Assembly (NCBI RefSeq): GCF_009834535.1
Contig: NC_045697.1
Coordinates: 21,888,001 to 21,952,000, forward strand
Length of the DNA stretch: 64,000 bases
DNA from: Camelus ferus
Lineage: Eukaryota
Direction: 5' to 3'
Under the pieces are notes generated by a model. It saw nothing but the letters and a program-made list of their open reading frames with translations, was not told where the DNA came from and made no database searches. Below are positions 13,400-23,399 of this stretch, piece by piece (position 1 is the stretch's first letter; every line of letters starts with the position of its first letter). A program made the translations under genes and the position numbers.

Positions 13400-13576
13400 C
13401 TATAACTGATAGCAATAAATTATCTCAAAAAATACGAGTTATTATAAATTCGAAGTAATTGCATTCTGCAATACTCAGTGTCCTTAATTTCCCTTGCCTC
13501 CAGTTCAAGTCCAACTATGAGACTGTTAACCAAAGTGCCACTCTACTAGTGCATACATTCTTATTAGTTGGCACCA
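13400..13576 (-). pseudogene. Exon remnant, 177 nt, start of SPOC-like domain (WCQLI / VCTSRVALWLTVS / LIVGLELEAREIKDTEYCRMQLLRIYNNSYFLR*FIAISY)
   Basis: Acceptor cttgttttttaaaacag|, donor TAG|gtaggt; the last frame ends in phase 2, matching the next exon; resembles TASOR2 WKGKLI...LCDIALWST...ELDFKYVM (from memory). Confidence 0.65.
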
Positions 13577-14196
13577 CTGTTTTAAAAAACAAGATGAATA
13601 CTTTATTTGAATGTGAGTGGGGCCAACTTTTGCAAATCTTTAAAATATAGTTCAATAGTTTGTCCAGTGATACATTTTAAAATATCCTATCTCTTCAAGG
13701 GTTTTTGGATTCCTTCATTTTTTAAAATACCAGATGAGAGCACAGTGTTTGTAAAGATAGAAAGTAACATGCCAGAAGTTTGGAAAAGCAGCAGGTATGT
13801 GAGGCATGCAAAAATAATGAGGCAAGTATATTTGCTGATCTGAACTTCAATAGCAGGCTGTTCTCCTGGGAAGGTGTTTTTACAGACACTTCAATCATTT
13901 ATGCTACTAGCCTTTGCTTTACTGGTGAGTGTTGAGTTTTTCTTTTCTTTTTTTCCTAAGTGGGTCAAGAGCACATATGTTTTAACTATTGAGAAATATG
14001 TTAAGGTACTAAATAATAAGGCCTTGATTTAAAAATTATAGCATTCACAACGATGTAGTTTAAGACCTTAGTTATTCCCAGGGTGACCTCCTGGGCTTAC
14101 TGGATTCTCAGCAGAAAACCATCTGCATTCGCTACAATGCATGTAGATGCTACCAACTGCTATTGGAGAAACACCACATGTTAAGCACATGATATG

Positions 14197-14700
14197 TCAG
14201 GTAAGGGAAAAAGAAAAGTGTTCTCCCTCTTGAATGGCAATCTCCATTCCTTCCTCATCTTTTGTTCTCTCTCCAGTAGTAAATCTCTGTTGTGTGGTGA
14301 GATGTGTCAACAAATTCAGGCCACTGGAGTCCCATTTAATGCCCTCATGTCCTTGTGCTTTCAATGGCTCTCTCAACATCCCCTCACACTCCAGAATCCT
14401 GAACAAATTTATTACCTTCTTCCCAGTGTGCTTACAAAAAGTCCATTTCTTAGCTTTCCAGGGAGATTCAGAATGAAAAATAAAAATCTCCATCCAAGGC
14501 TCAGATTTCTATGAGTTTATGGATTCGAAGAAATGACAAAAGTAAACATTTATTACCAGTCTTGACCAGTGAATAAAGGAGACAAAGAAGCATGGAGGAA
14601 AGGGAAAAGCTTAGGTCATGGATTTGTTGACAAACTGATCAATCTTTTTGTCCAGTTACATGGGCCTTGGAATTTTCAGATATTTGGGGTTTAGAATTTC
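14197..14700 (-). pseudogene. Possible additional degraded exon (includes the 98-aa open frame MEIFIFHSESPWKAKKW...)
   Basis: Non-repetitive, protein-like open frame at 14197-14493 and a candidate acceptor at 14702-14701; no clear donor and no recognised motif. Confidence 0.3.
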
Positions 14701-16109
14701 CTTTTCAAAAAGGTATAGTTGGTCTTTACTTCATAGAACCCAGAGGCAAATGAGTTGTCTGCTTGGATGTTTGGTATATGAATGATTGCCCAACAAGTTA
14801 TCTAATTTACAAAAATATTTTCATGGTGTAGTCTTGGCCCTACTTACATATCTGAATATTTTTCTAATTCCAGAAAGCTACAATATGCTCCTATTCTTTG
14901 TTAAGTACCTATGGAAAAGCTTAGTTACTGATGAAATAAATGTCAACCTTTAAGTAATCCCAACATACCAGTTTGTTCACTTTTTTACGGAATAAAACTA
15001 AATTATAGATTGTCTTTAAAACTAAAAACATTCTTGTCATTCATGCCTGGCAGATGTTTTTAGGTTGGGGAATACATGTTCAGTGTTCAAAAAATATATT
15101 CACTCTATGATAAATTTATTTGTTCATAAATGTCAGCTAGGCTTTTAAGCCTGTAGGAAGCAATGCTTGTAAAACTTTAAATTTTTATCAACTTTTAACT
15201 TTAAATGTAGTCTGGAGGAATACAAATGAAGGCTGCACCCTGTAAAAATGTACAATTTTTTTTTCCTCCCTCAAAGGTACTTCACTGCAAATATGCTGTA
15301 AGTAACTCATATGACCAGGCTATGTTTTACTACTTAGTTGTGTGACAAGGGGTTTAATCAGCCTGAAAAATGTTGACACCTCAAGATTTGTGTTAGAAAA
15401 GAACATAATGCCTGATCTTTGGAACTGGGAACTAAAAGCTCACACTTTTCATTTAACAGAAAATCGGGTAACTATACACCAGTACAAATAGATGGTGCAG
15501 AAAAATTCAAATTAAATATGAAAGATGCAAATTGTCAAGCATTAGACTGTGAGATTACCCTTGATTTAATGAAGCCCAATATCTAGAGAAAGACCTCTAA
15601 CTTGTCAGGTTGTTCTCCGCAAAATGAACATTTTTTTTTTTCTGCAGCATGTTACTCTTTTCTAAGGTTTATTTGTAATGTAAGCCCAAGTTCTGCAAAG
15701 AAGCTATTGGAAACAAAACCCACAGACTTCTAAGATACTTAACAGTAGAATATAATAACTGACAACAATAAGTTGAAAGGCATACGTAATAAATATTTTG
15801 AATTCAATTATTTCTTAAGACATTTATTAAGGTACAGTTTTCTAATCAAACTTGACTTAAAAAATTATTAAATTTTGCTGTTCTCAGACTGGTTCATAAC
15901 CCCACTCATTTACTTCTTTGTTTACTAAATAATAACTGAATGGCTAGCACATGCCAGGCTCTTCTTGGATTTTCAAGGGTGTTTGTTTCACTCTCTCATG
16001 GAAGGCATCATAGATGCTAGATACTCCGGAGGTCAGTCAAACTTCTAAGGCAGTAATTTGAGACCTTGTATCTCCAGAAGGAAAGACATGGACAAATCAT
16101 AACGTATAG

Positions 16110-16330
16110 CCTCGAGACAGCATGAGTTCAAATTTGAACACAGCCACTTAATAGTTGCATGAACTTGGTCACTGGAACGCTCAGTCTCAGTTTTCTTATG
16201 TGTGTGACGGAGAGTATGTTGATACCTTACTCAGAGTGTTGTGGTGAGGATTTTACATGATGATAGATGTAATGTGTTTAGCACAGTGCTAGATATGTAG
16301 AAAAAAATGCCCAATAAATACTAGGTAGTC
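16110..16330 (+). mobile_element. MIR SINE
   Basis: gagttcaaat...gccacttaatagttgcatgaacttgg...tcagtctcagttttc...ttgtggtgaggatt...tagcacagtgc. Confidence 0.8.
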
Positions 16331-17361
16331 CCAGCAGGACTTGCAGTAGTGTTCAATAGCAGCAGTAGAATTTGTACTTAGGCTAATGTATTTTAATGTA
16401 TTCTGTATATAGTTTAAAGATATGTACATATATTTATTACATATATATAGCTTATATAAAAATACTACGTGAATTATTCTTTTATTCTTTCTGTGAGATT
16501 ATCACCTCCCAAGTAAATTTATACATACACATGCATATACATATGCATATATGTGTGCATGCTTTGGGTAACATTCATATGTGTGCATATATAGAGCGAG
16601 AGAAAAAGAAATTGATAAGGAGAGCATCCAACATCTGCCTTGTTCTAAGACTCTTATTTTATTCTAAGAAATGTCATTATAGTTACATTATCTTACTCAC
16701 TTTGACTGATGCTGATTAACCTAAATTAACAAAATCTGAATTATAACACTCCTTTTAAAAATGAAGCATTGCTGCCTCCATTAAAATTATAAGCAATGCT
16801 ATCTATGTATTATTCAGTGATGATAAATTAAATATTAAATATTTTAATGTTTACAAATATTAAATCTTCAGCATAGGTACAATTATCAGTGATAAACTAT
16901 TGGTTGGTCATATTATGGGTGGATAAATGGTTACTGTCATCTTCATCATCATTAACGGATGTTCAATAAGTTATTTTTGTTTTAAAAATTCTCTACTAAT
17001 AGAGATTCTCTACAAAATAGTGGAGTATTAATATTATACAAATCTATAGAAAAATAAGAAGATTGACATAAGCAACAGTAAACTAAATGACAACTGCTAA
17101 AAGCATTACAGACACCATGGAGATGGAGCCTGCATTAATGAAGTTTAGTTGTGACAAAGGTAGTATGACATACTACACTTCCCCAAATAAAACTGATGCA
17201 ATAAATGTTGTATTATGTTAATAATTTACTTAAACAGCCAATTTTAGTTAGGTAACTTCCATTAAATTACAGAAATAAAGTCAGTATATGTGTTATATAT
17301 TAGCCAAGAAAAAATGATATAGCATGGTTTACCAGGTAAAGTAAGGACAGTTTACACTTAC

Positions 17362-18299
17362 AGGACTTGCACACTTCTTCCACTTAACCCAGTTTCTTAG
17401 AGTATCTCACTGACCTGTGCAACACCAAAATCTCCCCAGGGAGAAACTGCAAAGGACCCTACCCTAGAGGAATAGAATGTTCACCAATTAGGCCCTGCTT
17501 CCTTCCCTTGAAGAAAATCCTAGTCCATTGTTCTTTTGGTACTTGTTTCTCCCTCTAGGAGATCCTTCCTTTTCTATTTTCCTCCTCTCATCTGAAGAGG
17601 ACACTGGAAAAAATATCCTCCCTGAGAACCACACAGCTTTCTCATCCTCCTTTTTGTCTCTGGAAGGTTGGGGCCCAAAGTTAAGACTTAAGGAATCACA
17701 GTGTTTTAAAACCAGACTAACGATCCCTTGGTAGCACAACTCTTTCAAAAGCCTGCCTTGCTTTTCTCGTTACTCAATTCATATGCTAGTAGCTCACCCA
17801 CAAATTACTCTTTTTTTCCAGACTTAATTGTAGGTAACTGGAACTTACCAAGCCTTATTGGGGAAGCCATTCCTTTATTATTTTTCCCTTGAGCTATTTG
17901 GTCTAACTTAAGGTTTTCACAAAGCACTATCTTAATTAATTTGGAGACTTTAACAAAAGGTTTTACGGTCATGATTCTAAACTACTTTCAGAAGAGAGTG
18001 GGTTTGAATTAGCCTTTGTTTTCAAAGGCTACCTCAGTTTTATTTTTTATCTGTTGGAAAAGAGAAGCAGCTCCAGCTTCCATTCCTGGAAGCTTTGAGA
18101 ATTTCTGAGCTTTCTATATCCCCATTTATTTTTGCTTACTTGGTGACCAATTATTTTCTGATTTAATGTCTTTCTTATAGTGCCTGTTCAAAGCAGACCA
18201 TCTCAACTAGGCACTCTCGCAATATTCTCTTTCTCATTCACCGCTGCATAACACTGTAGTCATTTGTTGGGACTCCAGTAACAGTCCTCTAGGTATCCA
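17362..18299 (-). pseudogene. Large (~938 nt) degraded exon, K/E/S-rich
   Basis: Acceptor ttgactttccctgttgatag|, donor |gtaagt; no recognisable repeat; purine-rich on the minus strand; includes ORF-track 17488-17748; many stops and frameshifts. Confidence 0.55.
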
Positions 18300-18384
18300 C
18301 TATCAACAGGGAAAGTCAATATGAAGCCTTTTTGTGTTTGTTTAATTGGCACCCAATTCTTGGTACTAATTTCTGTATTTGGTT

Positions 18385-18700
18385 CTGTTAAGTATAATAC
18401 AGGAACAAAAATCCCCATTTTACAGGGACTTCTGACAACAATACTTCTCTCTTGTGTTTTATGTATCTCATGGGTCAGCTGTGTTTCTGCTCTCTGTTGT
18501 TTCACACCAGGGTCTAAGCTGAAGGAGCTGCCCCTATCTGGATCATACAGATCTCACAGCAGAGGGAAAAAATATTCTACAATAGCTTTAAAGCTTTTGC
18601 TTCGGAGCGGCACATATCACTCTGTTCATTTCATTACCCAAATCAACTCATGTATCCAAATGGGGTAGCAAAATACCTTTTTCTTAAAGCAAGAAACATT
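18385..18700 (-). mobile_element. Old MaLR LTR (MLT1J/K-like)
   Basis: gggtcagctgtg...aagctgaaggagctgcccctatctgg...aagcttttgcttcggagcggcacatatcact. Confidence 0.55.
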
Positions 18701-18719
18701 TGACAACCATTACAATCTG

Positions 18720-19800
18720 CCACAGGGAGAGAGGAATGCAGACATCTGGCCAAGGGAATTTGAGGCACAAGTAACAGCCAAGGCAAAAAGTGGGAATGTG
18801 TCTGACACATCCACGGAAGAGCAAGGAGGCCAGTGTGAATGGAGCAAGGTATGCAAGCTGGGAAGTTGCCAACCACAGAGAGGGGAGAAGGAGTAAAATT
18901 CTGTTGGGCTCTGTAGGCTACTGTAATGAATTTGGCTTTTAGAGTAAAGGAAGAGTTTTGAGCAAAGAAATAATGTGATCTTTCATTTTAAAAGAATCAC
19001 TGTAGCTGCTATGACTAGATGAAATGGACAAAGGGTGTTAGTAAGGAGACAGCTTAGAAGGATACTGCCATCAAAGTGAGAAAGTGACCCCTTAGACCAG
19101 GGTGATGGATATGGAGGCACAGAGATGGGGTCAGATGTGTACTGAAGATGAGACACAAGGTCTCCGAGTGGGTTTCATACGGGATGTGAGAGAAATAAAA
19201 GTCGAAGTTAGAGTCAAACTCTAGCTTCTAACTTGCAACTGGAAGTTGTCATTAACTGAGTAGGGAAGATTGTGGGCACAGCAGGTTCAGGGAGAAGACT
19301 GAGTTCCACTTAGCATACAAGTATGAGATGGCAACCAGACATCCACATGTAGATGTCAAGTTTGGGAGAAAGGAGGAATTAAAAAAAAAAAAAAAAGGAG
19401 TTTATGAGCCTATAACTTATTTAAAACCTTCAGATTGCATGAAATCAACAAATTGGTGACTAACCAGAAAAGATGACAAAGTCACTCCAATTCTAAGAAA
19501 TCCAGGAGAAGAAAATGAACAAGGAAGCAAGGCTTAGTTTTTAGGAGGAAAACGAATAGTGTGTGATATGCTGACAGCCAAGAAATTAATGTGTTCAAAG
19601 AGGCTGGTGTGATCAAATGTACCAAAGGATGCTGCTAGATTACATAAAAAGAGTCTGAGATTTACCTACCAGCTTTAGCAATTTGGAAGCTATTGTGACC
19701 TTGAAAAGAACAGTTATGTGAAGTGATGGGGCAAGAGCCTAACAGGAGTAATTTTAAGAACGAACAAAAGAGAAAAAAAAAAGGACACTGAGTATAGGTA
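18720..19800 (-). mobile_element. L2 LINE fragment
   Basis: Purine-rich antisense L2 motifs (gcaaggaggccagtgtg; gagttttgagc; gagatggcaaccagacatccac). Confidence 0.75.
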
Positions 19801-20516
19801 ATACATCCAGGAGAGAATGGAATGGGCCTGGGGTAAGTTTCATAGTGGATTTCATCTTTATATAAAGATGGCTTATTTTTTTTAATAAAAAGTGACAGTG
19901 ACAATATTCTAACATTTGTTAACTTCCAGAAAAATGGCACATAGGTGTTTTAAAGTATGCTTTGCACTTTTCATTTAAAAGAAAAAAAAAAGACAAAAAT
20001 GCATCCTTTAGAAGAGACTTAAGAAATTCAAAGTTTAAGAATTTGACAACAGCTTAGAAAATTATGTGGAAAGGAAAAATATTAATTCAACAAAGACTGA
20101 TTTATTAAGACTATCTTTTTTATTGTTAAAAAAAAAAACTATAGGGGTTAATTATAGGTATGGTGGAAATCCAAGTCCTGGGGCAAGTCTGAGGGATGGG
20201 TTGTGATTAGTGAAGGGGAGAGGCAGAAAGAAACCAAGCAAGATGGATGACATGCATATCCTTTATGAAGCCTGGGATCAAAGATTTGTGGCTAATAAGT
20301 CAAATTATCTGGGAGTGTCAAGGAGATGAGCTATAAGGTTAGAAACTAAAGGGAGAGTCAAACAGATGAACTGAGTCAGAAGCGGAAAGTAGTTCCAGGC
20401 TCTGTGGGAGGAGGAAGGGGGAGTGGCAGGTAGAGAAGATGTAGATGTGAATTTGGACAGATGAACTAGCCCAGACAGCCATCATGTCCCTGAAGAAGTT
20501 AATTCTCCACACTTAC

Positions 20517-20615
20517 TTCATAAAGAAAACCAAATTGCCTGTGGAAAACATTATGACCCTAAATTTTTCTCCAAGTTTGGTCAGACTGCTTCTGGCCATT
20601 TTCAAACAAGTTTAT
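20517..20615 (-). pseudogene. Exon remnant, 99 nt: INLFENGQKQSDQTWRKI*GHNVFHRQFGFLYE
   Basis: Acceptor cttgttctttatag|, donor GAA|gtaagt; phase 0/0; single TAG at 20561-20559; 79-nt upstream intron. Confidence 0.75.
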
Positions 20616-20694
20616 CTATAAAGAACAAGTTATAAATATGGATTTGAAATAAGCTCCTTTATGGCAGTCACTTTGTTCTCTTATATGTACTTAC

Positions 20695-20779
20695 TCCCCT
20701 TAATCTACGCTCAGAAAGTAGGGGGGGCTCAGTATACACTGTACAGTGAACACTGATGTTCTTATTGTCGATGGACAAG
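20695..20779 (-). pseudogene. Exon remnant, 85 nt: (N)LSIDNKNISVHCTVYTEPPLLSERRLRG
   Basis: Acceptor tcatttgtttacaaag|, donor |gtaagt; phase 2->0, open and in frame with the preceding exon. Confidence 0.75.
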
Positions 20780-21125
20780 CTTTGTAAACAAATGACTTCA
20801 GACATAAACATAACACGTTCATGAATTATATCATATTTAAAGGCAATAGAAAAAATTGCTTTCCTAAGGACTTTATTGGATTCCTTTTTAAGGAGAATAT
20901 ATACTTAGGAAATAAAATTTTACCCATTAAGTTTATTCATTAAATTGTGAGTGTATGGGTATTATTTAGAATGTAGATATAATGTAGTGGTTCAAAATTT
21001 AAAGTATTAAGTATTTGAAAAGAAATGAAAAATATAATAAAAGTGACTTGAGGGTTCTTTAAAAAGTTAAATGTAATCAGCGAGAAACAGAATGCAAGAA
21101 AAATGACCACTATATTGATACTTAC

Positions 21126-21197
21126 TTTAATCGCACAATAAAAGTGCTTAATACAATTGATTTATCATTCCAATGCACCAGCTTAGAATTAAGTCCA
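21126..21197 (-). pseudogene. Exon remnant, 72 nt: GLNSKLVHWNDKSIVLSTFIVRL
   Basis: Acceptor ctcttgatttaatatag|, perfect donor |gtaagt; only one of three frames is open (phase 2/2). Confidence 0.75.
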
Positions 21198-21313
21198 CTA
21201 TATTAAATCAAGAGTTAATTGGAAAATGTTGTTGAAGTTAAATAATACAAGTTTTCCTGAGATTAAAGCAGTTTTCTTTTAATAAACCCTAAGGCTACAT
21301 TATATTTTAATAC

Positions 21314-21419
21314 TTTCCCCATGAATAATTTGGAGTATTACTATGCAAAGATCAGCCCTTTAAGAGTTTTAAACAGCCACCAAGTATGACCTCATTTTAT
21401 CTGATATTTCTGAAGAACT
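21314..21419 (-). pseudogene. Possible degraded exon (FFRNIR*NEVILGGCLKLLKG*), boundaries uncertain
   Basis: Acceptor ttatttacttttaag|; weak likeness to TEX15 IYQNGIS...LKILG (from memory); no strong donor. Confidence 0.3.
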
Positions 21420-21650
21420 CTTAAAAGTAAATAAGATGAGCAAAGCTTTAATTGACATTTCTTGAATTTAAATATGCATAAGGTGATTGATATTTAAACA
21501 TCATCTACTGAAGAGCTCAATTTCAATGAGCCAATCAATGTATCAAATTCAGATGTATTACTTCGGGATGATGAGGGAACAGTAAAAGAGGAAAATTTGT
21601 TTATATTAGAAAATGGATTTTAAGTATATAACTAGTTTAATCTACAAAAC

Positions 21651-21767
21651 CTGGTTTTAAAAGATGAATCATATTTTCTGTAACTAAAAACATTATTGTC
21701 CTTTGCATTGAAATATTTGTTACCTTTTATTTTATTATTTTTTAATTGTAGTATCTTTTGCTGTAAA
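21651..21767 (-). pseudogene. Probable degraded exon (FTAK...; ...QRTIMFLVTEN), boundaries uncertain
   Basis: Peptide fragments in different frames recall TASOR FTEKRRELK...SESYAFLMVD (from memory). An AG at 21762-21761 and possible donors at 21723 or 21650; needs frameshifts. Confidence 0.35.
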
Positions 21768-21981
21768 TTGTAAGTCGATATTTCAAAAGAAAAGTGAATT
21801 TTATTATAGGAAACAAAAAAATGTATTGACCTTATACATGAACTTTATATAATTCACCCTTCATAAAAAATATATCTGGAAACTGAGAAGAATGTACATT
21901 TGTTTTAAGACCACAAAAATCCATGTAAGGATAGGACTTAGGATATGAAATATAACTCAAAAAGTTAGATTTTTTTATTAC

Positions 21982-22110
21982 CAGTTGCAAGATGATTCAG
22001 TATTCAAGATCCTGTTGAACTTTCAAAAATGATGGAGAATCTGTTTTTAACTCAAAAGTCAGGTATCTTTCACAATAGTTTGTAGAGATCAAGAAACCTC
22101 AATCTCTGCC
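21982..22110 (-). pseudogene. Exon remnant, 129 nt: GRD*GFLISTNYCERYLTFELKTDSPSFLKVQQDLEY*IILQL
   Basis: Acceptor catttttaaag|, donor CTG|gtaata, phase 0/0 matching exon 1; two TGA stops (possibly CGA>TGA). Confidence 0.6.
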
Positions 22111-22699
22111 CTTTAAAAATGTATTTCATATACATTTTTGTTGAATTAGAGAAAGTATTTCAAAATTCAATGTTTTGGATGAATTTTCTAATACAAATGG
22201 TGCTGAGATATCTGGTTTTGAAGGTTAAAAATATCACCCTTTGTATAAAATCTGAAATGCTAAAAAGTAAAATGATTTCATCACTGAAAGAAAAGGTTTT
22301 TTTTTTCTTTGCTTGTAAGGAAAGAAAAGGTACACCTAAACATAAAAAGAAAGGAAGAAGCTATAATGTAAGAGATGGATTTTTAGTATGTAGAAAACGT
22401 AAAACATTTTAGGTCAAACATTATCAGAAACAAAGAAAAAAAGACAATCATTATCCACGAAAAAACACTTGCAACTTTTAGGACAGAGCACCTGCTATTA
22501 TCACTATCAAGTTAGTTTCCACAAATCAATTTTTAAAAAAGCTAGTAACTTTAGAGAAAAATATTCCCAAACAAAACAGATGAAGATCGAATTAGTGGTA
22601 AAAAGGGCTGGTCAGCAGTGGTGAAAACACACAACCTCACCAATAGTAAATGAAGGACAAACTAAAATCATAACTGGGGGCCCAGAGGGCCCTGGGCCA

Positions 22700-23360
22700 C
22701 TTGCAGTTTAGTTCCGCCTTAGTGGAACTGATTTTCGCTCAAACTCTTCACGTTTGTAAAACGGCGTCAGTTTACCTTGAACGGTTCGGCATCAGAAGAA
22801 GGACCCCGGGGAGACCCCCGCTGGCCTCCCGCCCGCCGTTTCTCTGCCTCTGGAGCTGGCGGGCCTCAGGTCCCAGCGCAACGGCTTTTTCCTTCTGGAA
22901 GCATTTCTTCTTCCGGATTCTGTCCGGAAACCAGCCGGAGTCGGACCGGGTCCAGAACCGGACCGGACCTGGTCCGACCTAGAAACCAGACCGGGTCCAG
23001 TGTGAGGCCTCGGGGAACAGAATGTCGTTTGAAGCCTGAAGAAGTAGGTGTCAGAAACCAAACCCTGCCTCCTGACTGCAACGAGCAGGAAGACCCGTTC
23101 ATTGCAAGGGGTTTGACCTGCAAGGCGGCAGACCTTCGGCAGCGGAAGCGACGTGTTCCGAGCCGCTCACAGACTCGCGAGTTTTTTATGTGGTAAATGC
23201 GGACGATATTTTTTTCTTCAGCCTATGGGTTGCCTGCTGATCTGTTTCTCTGTTTGGGGAGGGATAGCTGAGTCGAGGACCAGAAAGTCCAGAGATGGCA
23301 TAAACAGACTTGGCTTTTGGCGATTGGCTGGCGTCCTCTGCTGCTTCCTAGGAACTGCAA
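22700..23360. promoter_or_regulatory. CpG island / promoter of the decayed gene, with CCAAT box, CTCGCGAG palindrome and ETS-like site
   Basis: The only strongly CpG-dense segment in the window. ATTGG at 23323-23327 (CCAAT on minus), ACTCGCGAGT palindrome at 23173-23182 (BANP/ZBTB33-type core), CGGAAG at 23143-23148. Confidence 0.8.
22776..23102 (-). pseudogene. Exon 1 remnant (GC-rich, low-complexity N-terminus MNGSSCSLQ...CAGT*GPPAPEAEK...SDAEPFK)
   Basis: ATG at 23102-23100; 327 nt (109 codons) to donor AAG|gtaaac, phase 0; one in-frame TGA at 22868-22866; lies inside the CpG island. Confidence 0.6.
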
Positions 23361-23399
23361 ATTCCTGCAACTGAGGTAAAGTTTCGTTTTCTTAAATGC

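Larger units (their letters stand above)
1..23102 (-). pseudogene. Decayed multi-exon (unprocessed) gene, probable TASOR/TASOR2 (FAM208)-family paralog: PARP-like DUF3715, SPOC and PIN-like remnants; 3' end undefined and may leave the window
   Basis: A chain of minus-strand exons with canonical splice sites descends from a CpG island. Phase-compatible junctions: 22776->22110, 21126->20779, 20695->20615, 13400->13293, 13255->6342, 6248->6103, 2587->1315. Many in-frame stops and frameshifts. Peptide motifs resemble TASOR-family domains in the expected order (compared from memory). About 0.85 confident it is a dead spliced gene and about 0.65 for the family. Confidence 0.7.

Noticed and set aside
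13733..13794. Plus-strand exon candidate (DESTVFVKIESNMPEVWKSS, CAG|gtatgt)
   Set aside because: Isolated, with no consistent plus-strand exon chain.
17412..17435. Kinase-like GDFGVAQV
   Set aside because: Isolated, with no HRD, VAIK or APE context and a stop a few codons later.
21370..21625. Plus-strand protein-like frames (TKYDLILSDISEELLK; SSTEELNFNEPINV...)
   Set aside because: They would need a ~56-nt intron and contain stops; the well-supported exons nearby are on the minus strand.
1..23102. Calling the locus TASOR, TASOR2 or TEX15 itself, or a retrocopy
   Set aside because: Similarity is motif-level only and far below ortholog level, the frame is heavily disabled, and introns are present, so no gene symbol was assigned.
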